Source of the DNA: Verrucomicrobiia bacterium
GTDB taxonomy: Bacteria > Verrucomicrobiota > Verrucomicrobiia > Limisphaerales > DASXHY01
Assembly: GCA_035629175.1 (NCBI GenBank)
Contig: DASPIL010000073.1
Coordinates: 3,575-67,574, forward strand
Reading direction: 5' to 3'
DNA length: 64,000 nt
Part shown: positions 29,040 through 40,685 of the stretch, piece after piece
Numbering within the stretch: position 1 is the first letter of the stretch
Layout: each line of letters begins with the position of its first letter
Notes under the pieces: generated by a model
What the model was told of the DNA's origin: nothing
The model's database searches: none
The model's input: the letters and a program-made list of their open reading frames with translations, nothing else
Program-made: the position numbers and the translations under genes

Positions 29040-29986
29040 TGAGATTCATGAAGTCGCATTGGACATCGTACCGACAAATGATTCCGCTGCTGGTGGCGAT
29101 CGCCCTGTTGCTGGGATTGTTCCGCGTTTGGGTGCCGCAATTTCTGGCGACGGAAAACCTGCTGGATCTCGCGCAGCAGATTTCAGTCAACGCGATTCTG
29201 GCATTTGGCATGACGCTGGTGATCTTGATTGGCGGCATTGATCTTTCCGTGGGTGCGGTGGTGGCATTGATTGGAACGGTCGCGGTTTCCGTTCTGCCGC
29301 ACGGCGGGGTGTTTGTCGGTTTGCTCGCGGGCTTTGGCGTGGCGGCGGTGTTTGGCGCGATCAATGGCGTCTGTTCCGCGCGGACGCGAATGCCCGCATT
29401 CATCATCACGCTGGCGACCATGCTGATTGCGCGCGGCGCTGCGTTGCGGTTCAACGAGAGCCGCCCATTGCCCGTGGCGGATAGTGAAAGGCTGTTCCTA
29501 GCCCTGGGAAATGACCGGTTGTTTGGCGTGGTGCCAGTGCCCATTCTCCTGATGCTTGTCGCATTCACGGTGAGCGCTGTTCTCCTCCATCGCACGCGAT
29601 TTGGACAGCATCTTTATGCCATCGGCGGGAATCCCGAGGCGGCCCGCTTCACCGGCATTCCAATCGTGCGGAACGTTATTGTGGTTTACATGATCTGCTC
29701 GGTTTACGCGGGCCTTGCTGGAGTGATTCACGCCTCGCAACTTTACTCGGCAGAGCCGGGTTCCGGACAGGGCTTCGAATTGAATGCCATTGCTGCGGTG
29801 GTGGTCGGTGGCACGAGCTTCACCGGTGGAATTGGGCGGATGTCCGGCACACTGATCGGCGCCATCATCATCGGAATTCTCGACAAGGGTTTGAACCAGG
29901 CTGGCGTGCATTTCTCGCTGCAATACATCGTCAAGGGATTGGTGATTCTCGCCGCGGTTTACCTCGATGTGCGCCGTCGCAAATGA
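29039..29986 (+). CDS. Sugar ABC transporter permease (RbsC-like)
   Basis: About 10 TM helices and a GGIDLSVGA motif. Its ATG at 29039 overlaps the TGA of the ATPase gene. Confidence 0.85.
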   Translation: MRFMKSHWTSYRQMIPLLVAIALLLGLFRVWVPQFLATENLLDLAQQISVNAILAFGMTLVILIGGIDLSVGAVVALIGTVAVSVLPHGGVFVGLLAGFGVAAVFGAINGVCSARTRMPAFIITLATMLIARGAALRFNESRPLPVADSERLFLALGNDRLFGVVPVPILLMLVAFTVSAVLLHRTRFGQHLYAIGGNPEAARFTGIPIVRNVIVVYMICSVYAGLAGVIHASQLYSAEPGSGQGFELNAIAAVVVGGTSFTGGIGRMSGTLIGAIIIGILDKGLNQAGVHFSLQYIVKGLVILAAVYLDVRRRK

Positions 29987-30019
29987 ATCGACCTCGGTTC
30001 TGGAATCGATCAAAGCGTC

Positions 30020-30913
30020 ATGAAATATAAGATCGTTGGAATCGGGGAATTGCTGTGGGATTTTCTGCCCTCAGGGAAAATGAGAGGGGGCGCGCCCGGT
30101 AACTTTGTCTATCACGCTTCGGCACTTGGCGCGGAAGGGAAGCTGATCAGCCGCGTGGGAAATGATCCACTGGGCCACGAATTGACTGCTGAATTGAAGG
30201 CGCTGGAGTTGTCGGCGGAAGCAGTGCAGATCGATCCGGTTAATCCCACCGGAACCGTGACGGTGGAACTTTGTGATTCCCAACCGCGATTTACGATCCA
30301 CGAAGGGGTTGCCTGGGATCACATTGAGTTAACGGACCCGGCATTGCAGATCGTGAGGGATGCAGACGCGATTTGTTTTGGCAGTCTGGCGCAACGGCAC
30401 GAGGAATCGCGGAATGCAATTCAGAAGCTGGTCTCAACGACGCGCGCTTCCACTCTTCGCATTTTTGACGTCAACCTTCGGCAACATTTTTTCTCCCGTG
30501 AAATCATCGAGCAATCGTTGAAGCTTTCCAACGTTGTTAAACTGAATGACGCCGAACTTCCAATCATTGCCGGGCTGTTTGACATCAAAGGGTGTCCCGC
30601 AGACCAGCTCAAAAAGTTGGCGCGGCAATTCAATCTGCGTCTCGTCGCGCTCACTCGTGGAGAGCGTGGAAGTCTTCTGTACTCAATGGATCATTGGTTT
30701 GAACATCCGGGGTTTCCCGGGGAGGTCAAAGACACGGTAGGTGCCGGCGACTCCTTTACCGCAGCGCTGACAATCGGATTGCTACAGGGTCTGGTTTTGG
30801 ACGAGGTGAATCGTTGCGCAAATGAGCTGGCAAGTTTTGTGTGTTCTCAGGACGGAGCCACGCCACTTTTGCCCGAACGACTGCTGACGAATACAATCAA
30901 ACGGGAGACATGA
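30020..30913 (+). CDS. PfkB-family carbohydrate kinase (fructokinase-like)
   Basis: The N-terminus GIGELLWDFLP..GGAPGNF and the C-terminal DTVGAGDSFTAAL are PfkB signatures. Confidence 0.8.
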   Translation: MKYKIVGIGELLWDFLPSGKMRGGAPGNFVYHASALGAEGKLISRVGNDPLGHELTAELKALELSAEAVQIDPVNPTGTVTVELCDSQPRFTIHEGVAWDHIELTDPALQIVRDADAICFGSLAQRHEESRNAIQKLVSTTRASTLRIFDVNLRQHFFSREIIEQSLKLSNVVKLNDAELPIIAGLFDIKGCPADQLKKLARQFNLRLVALTRGERGSLLYSMDHWFEHPGFPGEVKDTVGAGDSFTAALTIGLLQGLVLDEVNRCANELASFVCSQDGATPLLPERLLTNTIKRET

Positions 30914-30931
30914 CTTGAGGCTCACTGCCGA

Positions 30932-32215
30932 TTAACCCGCGGACAATCGACTTCGCCGCGAGATCATCGAATCAAAAATCAGGATTGCAGCCGCAGCCAC
31001 CCAGGGAAAGAAACCGACGAGGTAGAAGATAAGATCGTAATGCTGGGTGACATCGACGTAGCGGCCGATGCGGGGATTTACCAGGGCAGCGACAATGTTG
31101 GCCGCCAATCCGGTCAATCCGGCCAGTTGCGCGGTGTTCTGGAAGCTGACTTCGGTCTGGCAGGCGGTCTGGTTGGGCACGATCGTGTTGATTCCCAGTC
31201 CAGCCAGGGCGAGGAGTGCGATGGCCACGTAGGTGTTGTTCACGTGCGGCACCACGGCAATGCTGGAGGCCATCGCTGCGCCGAGAAGGACGGTGCATCC
31301 GCGCGCCTTGCGCACAGACCAGCCGCGATGCGTGAGAAATTTAACGCAGCCGCCGCCGACATAATTCCCAAGGTCGCCGCCGAGAAAGATGAAAGTGGAA
31401 AGCAGACCGGCCCGGAGGAATGAGAAACCGCTTTGCTCCTTGAGGTAGCCGGGCACCCAGTCGCAGCAGAAATACCAGCACGGATTGATGGTGATGGAAA
31501 CCAGGATCAGGACCCAGAACGTGGGTTGAGACAGGATGGTGCGGAAGGGTTTCCAGATTTCCTTGAGGCTGCGGGAGGTGGGAATGGTGGCGGGATCATT
31601 GGCAAAGGCCCTGGCTCGACCGCCGCGGGTGAACCACAGCCAGAGTGCAACCCAGAAGAAGCCGATTGCACCGACCGAGAAAAATGCCCAGCGCCAGCCC
31701 GCGGCGGCGGCGATCGGGGTGATCACAAAGGGAGCTAACAGAGCGCCCACCGCAGCGCCGCTGTTGAAAATTCCCATGCCCAATCCGCGGTCTTCGCGCG
31801 GGAGCATGTTTGCCACAATGCGAGTTGAGAAAGGCCAGTTGACTGCTTCTCCGACGCCCAGCAACGCCCTCGTCCATTTGAAAACCAGGACGCTTCCGAC
31901 CCAGAATGCAGCGGCGCCGGCGAAGGACCAGATCCCGACAGCCAGGGCGAAGAGCATTCGCAACGAGAAGCGGTCGGCGACGAAACCGGCGACGATGTGC
32001 ATCGAGGCGTAGGTCCAGCGAAACGCAGCGAGCAGATTGCCAAATTCCTCGTTATTGATCTGGAACTCCTCCATGATCGGCGCCTTGCAAAGCCCCATGG
32101 TCTGGCGATCGAGGTAATTCAGAATCGTGGCCAGAAACAGAATGCCACACAGTTTCCATTTCCATTTCTTGGTGACCGGTGCGCTGGCAGCGGGCGGCTT
32201 CTCAGGTGAATACAT
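30932..32215 (-). CDS. MFS transporter, ACS/hexuronate-transporter-like
   Basis: 427 aa, multi-TM, with LDRQTMG and GVGEAVNWP motifs. Confidence 0.8.
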   Translation of the reverse strand: MYSPEKPPAASAPVTKKWKWKLCGILFLATILNYLDRQTMGLCKAPIMEEFQINNEEFGNLLAAFRWTYASMHIVAGFVADRFSLRMLFALAVGIWSFAGAAAFWVGSVLVFKWTRALLGVGEAVNWPFSTRIVANMLPREDRGLGMGIFNSGAAVGALLAPFVITPIAAAAGWRWAFFSVGAIGFFWVALWLWFTRGGRARAFANDPATIPTSRSLKEIWKPFRTILSQPTFWVLILVSITINPCWYFCCDWVPGYLKEQSGFSFLRAGLLSTFIFLGGDLGNYVGGGCVKFLTHRGWSVRKARGCTVLLGAAMASSIAVVPHVNNTYVAIALLALAGLGINTIVPNQTACQTEVSFQNTAQLAGLTGLAANIVAALVNPRIGRYVDVTQHYDLIFYLVGFFPWVAAAAILIFDSMISRRSRLSAG

Positions 32216-32227
32216 GACAGGATGGAA

Positions 32228-33271
32228 TCAACGGGTCCGGTCGTTGTCCGGATGCTCGTAATAATCAAAACTTGGTCCGAGCTTCGCGAGCAGAGGATCC
32301 GTGACCGCGTTCAATTCCCGGCGCACGTCCGGCAACAGAGGTTCAGACGCGGCGTGATAATTTGCCTGGAACTGCTCAATCGTTCGCGATCCGCAAAGTG
32401 AGCTGGTGATTCCATCGCCGCCGAATGCCCATTTCAATGCCAGTTCGGAAACGGTCAGGTGCTCGCGGGTGGCAATGCTACGAATCGCCTGCAAGGCTTC
32501 AGTGAGTTCGGCTTCAACTCCCGGCATCCCGTGGCGGCACTGGGGATTGCGACGACTGTCAAAATGGCGCGTGCGGCGACGGGAAACCGGGATGTCTGCA
32601 ATGGTTCGGAACTTGTCCGCCAACACGCCCTGCATCAGGGACATGTAACCCAGCACACCAATTCCGTGCGTGCGGCAGTGTGGCAAAATTTCCAGTTCGA
32701 TGGCGCGGGTCAGAAGACTGTAAGGCAGTTCGTTGATCACGATTTTTGCGCCGGTGGCGAGTGCCTCATCGATTTTCTCGCGGCCAAAATTGCTGACCCC
32801 GATATGGCGAATCTTTCCCTCGGCCTGCAGGCGCATCAACGTTTCAAAGGCATCCGTCACGCTGGGCGTGGGAATGGGCTGTGCAGTGAAATGACGGATG
32901 GCGTGCGGCGTGATCGGCCAATGGACCATGTAAAGATCGACGTAATCGGTCTGCAGGCGCCGCAGGCTGGCCTCGCAATGTGCCAACAGCTTTCGCGGTT
33001 CCGTGTTGGATGGGCTGATCTTGGTTCCGATCAAAACCTGGTCTCTGGGAATTCCGCGCAAGGCGGCGCCGAGGGACGTTTCGCTCGTGCCACTGTTGTA
33101 GGCTTCGGCCGTGTCGAAAAAGTTGCAGCCATGATCGATCGCACAACGCACGACGGTGTCGACATCTTTCTGATCCTGAGGTCCCCAGTAATCGCCGCCG
33201 CCATAGGACCAGGCGCCCATGCCCAGAACGGGAAGTTCAAGTCCGTGATGTCCGCATTTCCGCATTTCCAT
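32228..33271 (-). CDS. Aldo/keto reductase
   Basis: LELPVLGMGAWSYGG...FFDTAEAYNSG...DLYMVHWP. The track ORF (to 33463) is trimmed to the ATG at 33271, which lies 6 nt after the upstream stop. Confidence 0.8.
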   Translation of the reverse strand: MEMRKCGHHGLELPVLGMGAWSYGGGDYWGPQDQKDVDTVVRCAIDHGCNFFDTAEAYNSGTSETSLGAALRGIPRDQVLIGTKISPSNTEPRKLLAHCEASLRRLQTDYVDLYMVHWPITPHAIRHFTAQPIPTPSVTDAFETLMRLQAEGKIRHIGVSNFGREKIDEALATGAKIVINELPYSLLTRAIELEILPHCRTHGIGVLGYMSLMQGVLADKFRTIADIPVSRRRTRHFDSRRNPQCRHGMPGVEAELTEALQAIRSIATREHLTVSELALKWAFGGDGITSSLCGSRTIEQFQANYHAASEPLLPDVRRELNAVTDPLLAKLGPSFDYYEHPDNDRTR

Positions 33272-33276
33272 GAAGT

Positions 33277-34077
33277 TCAAGGTTGCTTTGGCTTTGGCGC
33301 TAATGCGCGGGTTGCGCCCCCGGAAATACCGCCATCGACCAGGAGAGTTTGTGCGGTGATATATTCGCTGGCATCGGAGGCAAGAAAGACAACCGCGCCA
33401 TCCAAATCGTTGGGCCGGCCAGGTCGCTTGAGCGGGATGCGATCGCAAAGATACTCCACCCATTGAGCGTCTTCATACATGACCGCGTTCTGTGCGGTCT
33501 TGAACCACCCCGGGGCCAGGCAATTGACGGTGATCCCGTGCGGACCCCAGTCGTCGGCCAGGCTCATGGTCAATTGCTTCACGCCACCGCGACTCGCTCC
33601 GTACGGTGCCAGCCCGGCGTATCCGGCTACGCACGTCACCGAGCCGATGTTGATGATGCGGCCGTAATGCCTGGGAATCATGTGTGCTGCGACGGCCTGT
33701 GAAACGAAAAACGTTCCGCGCAGATTGGTTTCAAGAATAAGGTTCCAATCATCCCAGGTCACTTGGAGGGCCGGCTTGCGCACGTTGCATCCGGCGTTGT
33801 TCACCAGGATGTCAATTTTGCCGAAGTGGGCGATGGCATCAGCGGTCATCTTTTGGATGCTGGCGAGGTTTCGTACATCCAAAGCCAGCGGAAGAACCTT
33901 TCGCCCGAGCGCTTCTATTTCGCTTCCAAACGCGTGCAACGCATTCGCTTCACGACTGGTGATGATCAGGTCTGCGCCGGCCCGGGCGAGGGCGCGGCCA
34001 AGATATTGTCCTAAGCCCCGGCTCGCGCCGGTTACCAGCGCCACTTTGCCAGTAAGATCGAAGAGCTTGGATTCCAT
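33277..34077 (-). CDS. SDR-family oxidoreductase (KduD / gluconate-5-dehydrogenase-like; candidate 2-keto-3-deoxy-L-fuconate dehydrogenase)
   Basis: TGASRGLG, NNAG and the YGASRGGVKQL (YxxxK) motif. The track start at 34149 is trimmed to the ATG at 34077. Confidence 0.8.
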   Translation of the reverse strand: MESKLFDLTGKVALVTGASRGLGQYLGRALARAGADLIITSREANALHAFGSEIEALGRKVLPLALDVRNLASIQKMTADAIAHFGKIDILVNNAGCNVRKPALQVTWDDWNLILETNLRGTFFVSQAVAAHMIPRHYGRIINIGSVTCVAGYAGLAPYGASRGGVKQLTMSLADDWGPHGITVNCLAPGWFKTAQNAVMYEDAQWVEYLCDRIPLKRPGRPNDLDGAVVFLASDASEYITAQTLLVDGGISGGATRALAPKPKQP

Positions 34078-34096
34078 TGTGATTGAGTAAAAGAGT

Positions 34097-35632
34097 TCAA
34101 TTTGCGGACACGACTCGATCGTGGCCTTCAATTTGAAATGCGTAAGCAAACCGGCAGGGTCGGTTCTCAGGATTCTGGAGTCGCTCGGGAAGCGCGATCA
34201 TCAGCCCCCGGCGTGGATCATTGCGCCACTTCAAGGGTGTCGATTCGCCGAGCAGGGTGATCTGGGAACCCGGTTTGGCCGACACGGTTTTCAATATTAG
34301 CAATTCGCCCGGCCAACGAAGAGAGATGGCGTGGATGAAACGATTGTCCTTGGTCCGCGTGAACCGGATGTGCTCTCCCTCACGCCAAAGATCACCGCTG
34401 CGGGGACGGCTTTCAAAAATGGCAGTGCCATTGACCTTCAGCCAGGCCCCGGTTTCCTGAAGGGTTTGCACGACTTGGGGATGAAACCGGCCCTGGTCAT
34501 CTGGACCAATGCCGACCATGAAATTGCCTCCCTTGGCGGTGATGTCCGCGAGATTTTCCACCACCCAGTCAGTGCCTTTGTATTTGGTGAGGTTCGGTTG
34601 ATATACCCAGGTGCCGGCGAGTTTGTAGATCACCATCCAAGGCATCGTGGTGTTTTCCTTGGAACCCGGAATCCAGCCTTCGGGAGTGTAGTAATCGCCG
34701 TAATTGCCGATGCCGCGCGCCCGCAACATCACGTCGGGTTGCAATTTCCGGACGAGCTTGATCGTCTCGCGAAGTTCCGGCCAAACATTCGATCCCAGCC
34801 ACTGGTCCAGGCAGAGCATGTCGATCCTCCCGTAGCGTGTGAGCAATTCCACCAATTGTTCACGATGCCGCGCCATCATGCGCTCGCGTTCTTCAGGCGT
34901 CGGATCAGGAGCAACAAAGATGTTCTTCGTATATTTCGCGTCGAACTCATCCGGCAAGGCGCCATACGTGTTGGTTGATTCGGTGCGCAGGGGATTCATG
35001 GCATAAGGCCTGAAGTCGGCGTCGTACCAATCCGGATGGGAATAATAGAGATCAATCTTAAGTCCGAAACGCTGCCCTGCGTCGCAGAGTTCCTTGACGA
35101 TGTCACGGCGGAACGGGGTTTCCATGATGCTGTATGCGAGGTCGCAGTCTTCAATTCGCGGCCCGCCGGGAGCGGTCCAGTTGACGCGCTGTTTCACCCG
35201 GGTTTGCGTGTCGAACATCGAGAAGCCGTCGTGATGCTTGGCCGTGAACGCGAACACCTGGACGCCATTTGTCTGGAACAACTGCATCCATTCGTCCGCA
35301 TTAAATCCCGCCGGATTGAAGCTTTTGTACTTCTGCTGATAACTCTGGCGTTCCTCATTTGTCATGTGCAGCAGGGGCCATGACGCATCACCGATCATCG
35401 CATAGACGCCCCAATGAATTCGGACGCCAAACTTCAGGTCGCGAAAGGCTTCGATGGCCGCGTCGGAGGGGTGGTGGTAATCCGGCTGCGGACTGTCTTC
35501 GATGAAGGCTTCGACGCGTTTCAGGTGCCAGTCGTCCGCAGGCAGCCTGCCGTGTTCGGCCGTGGACAGAGTCGCGGAAGTTGAGAGTCCGATCAGGATT
35601 GCAATCGAGACGGTTAAAAAATGGCTTTTCAC
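34097..35632 (-). CDS. Alpha-L-fucosidase, GH29
   Basis: FGVRIHWGVYAM and FTAKHHDGFSMFDT. The proposed GTG start at 35632 gives the signal peptide MKSHFLTVSIAILIGLSTSA and overlaps the upstream stop (GTGA). The track extension to 35959 is rejected. Confidence 0.8.
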   Translation of the reverse strand: MKSHFLTVSIAILIGLSTSATLSTAEHGRLPADDWHLKRVEAFIEDSPQPDYHHPSDAAIEAFRDLKFGVRIHWGVYAMIGDASWPLLHMTNEERQSYQQKYKSFNPAGFNADEWMQLFQTNGVQVFAFTAKHHDGFSMFDTQTRVKQRVNWTAPGGPRIEDCDLAYSIMETPFRRDIVKELCDAGQRFGLKIDLYYSHPDWYDADFRPYAMNPLRTESTNTYGALPDEFDAKYTKNIFVAPDPTPEERERMMARHREQLVELLTRYGRIDMLCLDQWLGSNVWPELRETIKLVRKLQPDVMLRARGIGNYGDYYTPEGWIPGSKENTTMPWMVIYKLAGTWVYQPNLTKYKGTDWVVENLADITAKGGNFMVGIGPDDQGRFHPQVVQTLQETGAWLKVNGTAIFESRPRSGDLWREGEHIRFTRTKDNRFIHAISLRWPGELLILKTVSAKPGSQITLLGESTPLKWRNDPRRGLMIALPERLQNPENRPCRFAYAFQIEGHDRVVSAN

Positions 35633-36543
35633 TTGAGGGCAGGGGAATGAATGACTTTGAGGGCTGTCAGCGGAATCTCGCTGGCATGAGGCGTCGCAGT
35701 CTTGATGTTGGGGGTGACGTCGGCGTCGATTTGTCCGGTGGCCCATTGAACACCCCCAACCAGCATCTGTCGGAAAATTGAGTTCTTCCAGATTTCTTCG
35801 TCGTGACCCATGGCGGTGAAGAACACCCTGCCTTTGTTTTCCATGCGCGCCCAGACGACGGGGAAATTGGGCCGTTGATAAAGATTTCCTGTCATTTCGC
35901 GGCAATCCAAGACCGCGATGACGTGGAGGTCTTGCGCAAAGTTCTTCATTGCCGGCCATTCATCGAAAGCCGCGAAATCCGGGGGAACAGCTTCCATCCC
36001 GGGAAATTTTCGATCGACAAGAATGAGCGGACCATTCTGCTCGCGGTTGTGTCCGATGAATTGAGCCCCCAGCATCTCGTGATACGGATCGATCGCGGGA
36101 GAGTCCTGAAACGAAGTCGAGCTGGAGCGCGGAAAAGTGGCAACTGCGCTGTGCACACCGATAAAACCTTTCCCATCCTGGATGGCTTTCAGCAACGCGT
36201 TCTTACCTTCGAGCGTCATCAGCGGGTAATTGTCTCCCTGGCCATCGCGCGGTTGATGAGTGAGATCGCCACTCGTGTAAAAGAGGAATGCGTCGAAGGT
36301 GGCGATATTCTCCGGCGTGAAGAGCGAGCCATCCTTGCTGAAAATAAAGTCAATGTTGTGCCGGATCCCGATTTTGAGCATCTCTCGTTCGAGAAAGCTT
36401 GGCCACGCGGTATCGCGGTAAACGATGGCGTGTTCGTAACCGGCGGATTTTGAAAATACCAGAACACGCTTCGGTGAGGCCGGTTCGTCGGCGAAGCCGA
36501 TCACCGGTGAAGCCAGCCCCAGGCAAAGAAGCAGGATTTTCAT
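35629..36543 (-). CDS. Secreted ThuA-domain protein 1
   Basis: Signal peptide, then VLVFSKSAGYEH...FDAFLFYTSGDL...GKGFIGVHSA, which looks like the class-I glutamine-amidotransferase-like ThuA fold. Confidence 0.7.
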   Translation of the reverse strand: MKILLLCLGLASPVIGFADEPASPKRVLVFSKSAGYEHAIVYRDTAWPSFLEREMLKIGIRHNIDFIFSKDGSLFTPENIATFDAFLFYTSGDLTHQPRDGQGDNYPLMTLEGKNALLKAIQDGKGFIGVHSAVATFPRSSSTSFQDSPAIDPYHEMLGAQFIGHNREQNGPLILVDRKFPGMEAVPPDFAAFDEWPAMKNFAQDLHVIAVLDCREMTGNLYQRPNFPVVWARMENKGRVFFTAMGHDEEIWKNSIFRQMLVGGVQWATGQIDADVTPNIKTATPHASEIPLTALKVIHSPALK

Positions 36544-37523
36544 CGGGAGCGAGTCTCCGATTCAGGCAGCCACACTTTGAAATTGGGAAACTGCGAGTGA
36601 ACCTTTGGCGGGTTCGAGGCAATGAACCTCTTCGCGCCGTCGGGAATCTCGTTCGCGTGCGGAGTGATTGTCATCATGTTGGGTGTCACATCTGCATCCA
36701 CAGTTCCAGTGGCCCATTTAATGCCCCCAAGAAGCATTTGCAGGAATACAGGATCGCGCCACATTTCAGCGGTGTGACCCATGGTGGTGTAGAACACGCG
36801 GCCTTTCCCCTCCATTCGCGCCCAGATGATCGGATAGCTCTGACGACCGTAAAGATTTCCAACCAGTTTCGGGGAATCCAAGGCCATGATGACGTGGAGA
36901 TCGGGCATGAACTCTCGAAAGGAATACCATTGATCGAGCGGACGATAATCTGACGGTACGCTTTCCATTCCCGGGAAACTGTGGTCCATGTATGTGAAAT
37001 AGCCGGGCTGCACTTCGTTGTGACCAATGTAACCGGCGCCTATCATTCGAGTATAACGGCTGGCATTGGTGCCGGTGTCTTTTTCACCCGGGCTCAGCCG
37101 TTCAATAAAGGTATAGACAGCGGTGTTGCAGCCGATGAAACCCTTCCCATTTTGAATAGCGTCAAGAAACGCCTTTTTCCCGTCCAGCGTCATCAAAGGA
37201 AAATTGTCGCCGCGACCATTTCTGTGTTGCGAGGTCAGATCGCCCGACGTGAAAAAAAAGAAGGCATCGAAGACGGCGATATTCTCAGGCGTGAAAATCG
37301 TTCCATCTTTGCTGAAGGTGAATTCAATATTATTTTCCTGTCCGAGCTTCTGGGCCGCCCTCTCGATCAAACTCAATTCGTTCCCGGTGCGGTGAATGAT
37401 TCTCTTTTCCCACGAAGCGGCTTTAGAAAAGAAGAGAACCTTTTTCGGACCGGATACGCTCTCAGCCTGTACCGGCCGGGCAAATATCAGCTCGAGAGCC
37501 AGAAGGATCAGAATGGCTTTCAT
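36540..37523 (-). CDS. Secreted ThuA-domain protein 2 (tandem paralog)
   Basis: Same block structure as 35629-36543 (VLFFSKAASWE, FDAFFFFTSGDL, GKGFIGCNTA). There are ATGA overlaps at both ends. Confidence 0.7.
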   Translation of the reverse strand: MKAILILLALELIFARPVQAESVSGPKKVLFFSKAASWEKRIIHRTGNELSLIERAAQKLGQENNIEFTFSKDGTIFTPENIAVFDAFFFFTSGDLTSQHRNGRGDNFPLMTLDGKKAFLDAIQNGKGFIGCNTAVYTFIERLSPGEKDTGTNASRYTRMIGAGYIGHNEVQPGYFTYMDHSFPGMESVPSDYRPLDQWYSFREFMPDLHVIMALDSPKLVGNLYGRQSYPIIWARMEGKGRVFYTTMGHTAEMWRDPVFLQMLLGGIKWATGTVDADVTPNMMTITPHANEIPDGAKRFIASNPPKVHSQFPNFKVWLPESETRSR

Positions 37524-38551
37524 GGCTGCAATATGACTTTTAACAGTCCTGGTTCCTTTCGATACAGGCGTTCGAACCAGGACGCTCCCTCCGACAACGG
37601 AGCGCTGGCGCTCAGAAGCGGTGCAGGCTGCAATGCGCCAGTGGCGATGAGGTCAAGGCATGCGGGATATTCCCCGGCGGAAGCGCACGAACCGTAGAGG
37701 GTCAGTTCACGTGTGACCGCCCATTGCAGCGGAAACTCGACCTTGGAAGCAAGATTGCCGACCAGCGTCACTTGTCCCCCTTTGCGCACGCAGCGAACCG
37801 CGAGGTCCACCGTTGGACTTATGCCCACCGCTTCGAAGGCCAGCGCCGCGCCCGCGTTGTGGGTCAAAGCCAGAATCTGTTCCAGCGCGTCGCCGTGCGC
37901 TGAATGGATGACGTGCGTGGCACCCATGGTTTTCGCCATGGCCAGCTTCTCCGGAGCCACATCCGTCACAATTATTTTTCCGCAGCCGGCGATCCGCAAA
38001 GTTTGAATCAAGGCCAGCCCGATGATGCCGCAACCGATGACAACGGCGGAATCGTTCAGTTGAATACGTGTCCGGCGAACGGCATGAAAGGCGATGGAGA
38101 ACGGTTCGATCAAGGCGGCCTGTGCGAAGGGCAGGGCGTTGGGCAGTTTATAAAGGATGCGTTGCGGAACCGCCAGGAACTCTGCGAACGCGCCGGGCTG
38201 GCGATAGTCCTCGCAAGAGACGCCGAGGACGCGGCGATGATTGCACAGGTTCACCTCGCCGCGCCGGCAGAATTCACAGTTGCCGCAATAGATCGTGGAA
38301 TCGAAGGTGACGCGATCGCCGGTTTTCCATTCCTTCACCGCACTGCCAGTGTCCGAGATGATGCCTGCCGCTTCGTGCCCCATGATGATGGGTGGACGCC
38401 GCCGTCCAGTACTGCCGTCCATGCCATGCACATCGCTGCCGCAGATGCCGCAGGCCTTGACCTCGACTAGCACTTCGTCCGGTTGAAGCTCGGGAGTGGG
38501 GACATCTTCGAAACTGAACTTAAGGTAGTCTTGGAGAATCAGCGCTTTCAT
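37520..38551 (-). CDS. Zn-dependent medium-chain alcohol/polyol dehydrogenase
   Basis: GICGSDVH, GHEAAG, CGNCEFCRRGEVNLC and GCGIIGL. The track start at 38743 is trimmed to the ATG at 38551. Confidence 0.8.
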   Translation of the reverse strand: MKALILQDYLKFSFEDVPTPELQPDEVLVEVKACGICGSDVHGMDGSTGRRRPPIIMGHEAAGIISDTGSAVKEWKTGDRVTFDSTIYCGNCEFCRRGEVNLCNHRRVLGVSCEDYRQPGAFAEFLAVPQRILYKLPNALPFAQAALIEPFSIAFHAVRRTRIQLNDSAVVIGCGIIGLALIQTLRIAGCGKIIVTDVAPEKLAMAKTMGATHVIHSAHGDALEQILALTHNAGAALAFEAVGISPTVDLAVRCVRKGGQVTLVGNLASKVEFPLQWAVTRELTLYGSCASAGEYPACLDLIATGALQPAPLLSASAPLSEGASWFERLYRKEPGLLKVILQP

Positions 38552-38975
38552 GCGTCGCGGACCGGATGACTCCGATGGTGAGCAACAGATTGGCAAAACG
38601 ACGTTCCTCGCCCGTCGCAATGACGAGGGTTGTAGCTGCAGATTTGGCTTCGGCGTAAAACTGAAACCGCTTTCTCTTAATCCAGCGGACGCCATCGGGC
38701 AGTAGCTTTTGAAACTCGATGTGAATCGCGGCTGACTTTCCATCCGGCAGGCTCATGACCATCGCCGACTCAATCGGAATGGCGGTCTTCAACGTTTCCA
38801 AAACGTCAGTGACCGTGACCAGCCCCCGGCGCAGGTTGAGAAACACCTTCTGCGCGGCGGTTGGTGATTCGCTGGTGACCGGGTAATTGCCGTCGGCAAT
38901 CAACACGCGCGAGCCATGGCCGGCCCGCGCGAGTGCCGATAGAACTTCTGGATGCAGCAGGGGGGTATAAAGCAT
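38520..38975 (-). CDS. fucU: L-fucose mutarotase (RbsD/FucU family)
   Basis: MLYTPLLHPEVLSALARAGHGSRVLIADGNYP is the typical FucU N-terminus. The protein is about 151 aa, and its tail overlaps the dehydrogenase start by 32 nt. Confidence 0.75.
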   Translation of the reverse strand: MLYTPLLHPEVLSALARAGHGSRVLIADGNYPVTSESPTAAQKVFLNLRRGLVTVTDVLETLKTAIPIESAMVMSLPDGKSAAIHIEFQKLLPDGVRWIKRKRFQFYAEAKSAATTLVIATGEERRFANLLLTIGVIRSATHESADSPRLP

Positions 38976-39007
38976 GTCAGATGCGAGTCGGGCGTCCCAA
39001 GCGCCAG

Positions 39008-40636
<1,629 letters not shown>

Positions 40637-40685
40637 TTCGAGGATGCAATGTGGTTTTGCCGTTGGAGATCCCCGAAGGTTGTTT

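Noticed and set aside
34097-35959. Long N-terminal extensions in the ORF track: 34097-35959, 32228-33463, 33277-34149, 37520-38743, 38520-39062, 12525-13436, 13414-14355 and 19212-20117.
   Set aside because: The extensions overlap the upstream genes and translate to low-complexity sequence. Internal ATG or GTG starts give canonical family N-termini or signal peptides and tight stop-start spacing.
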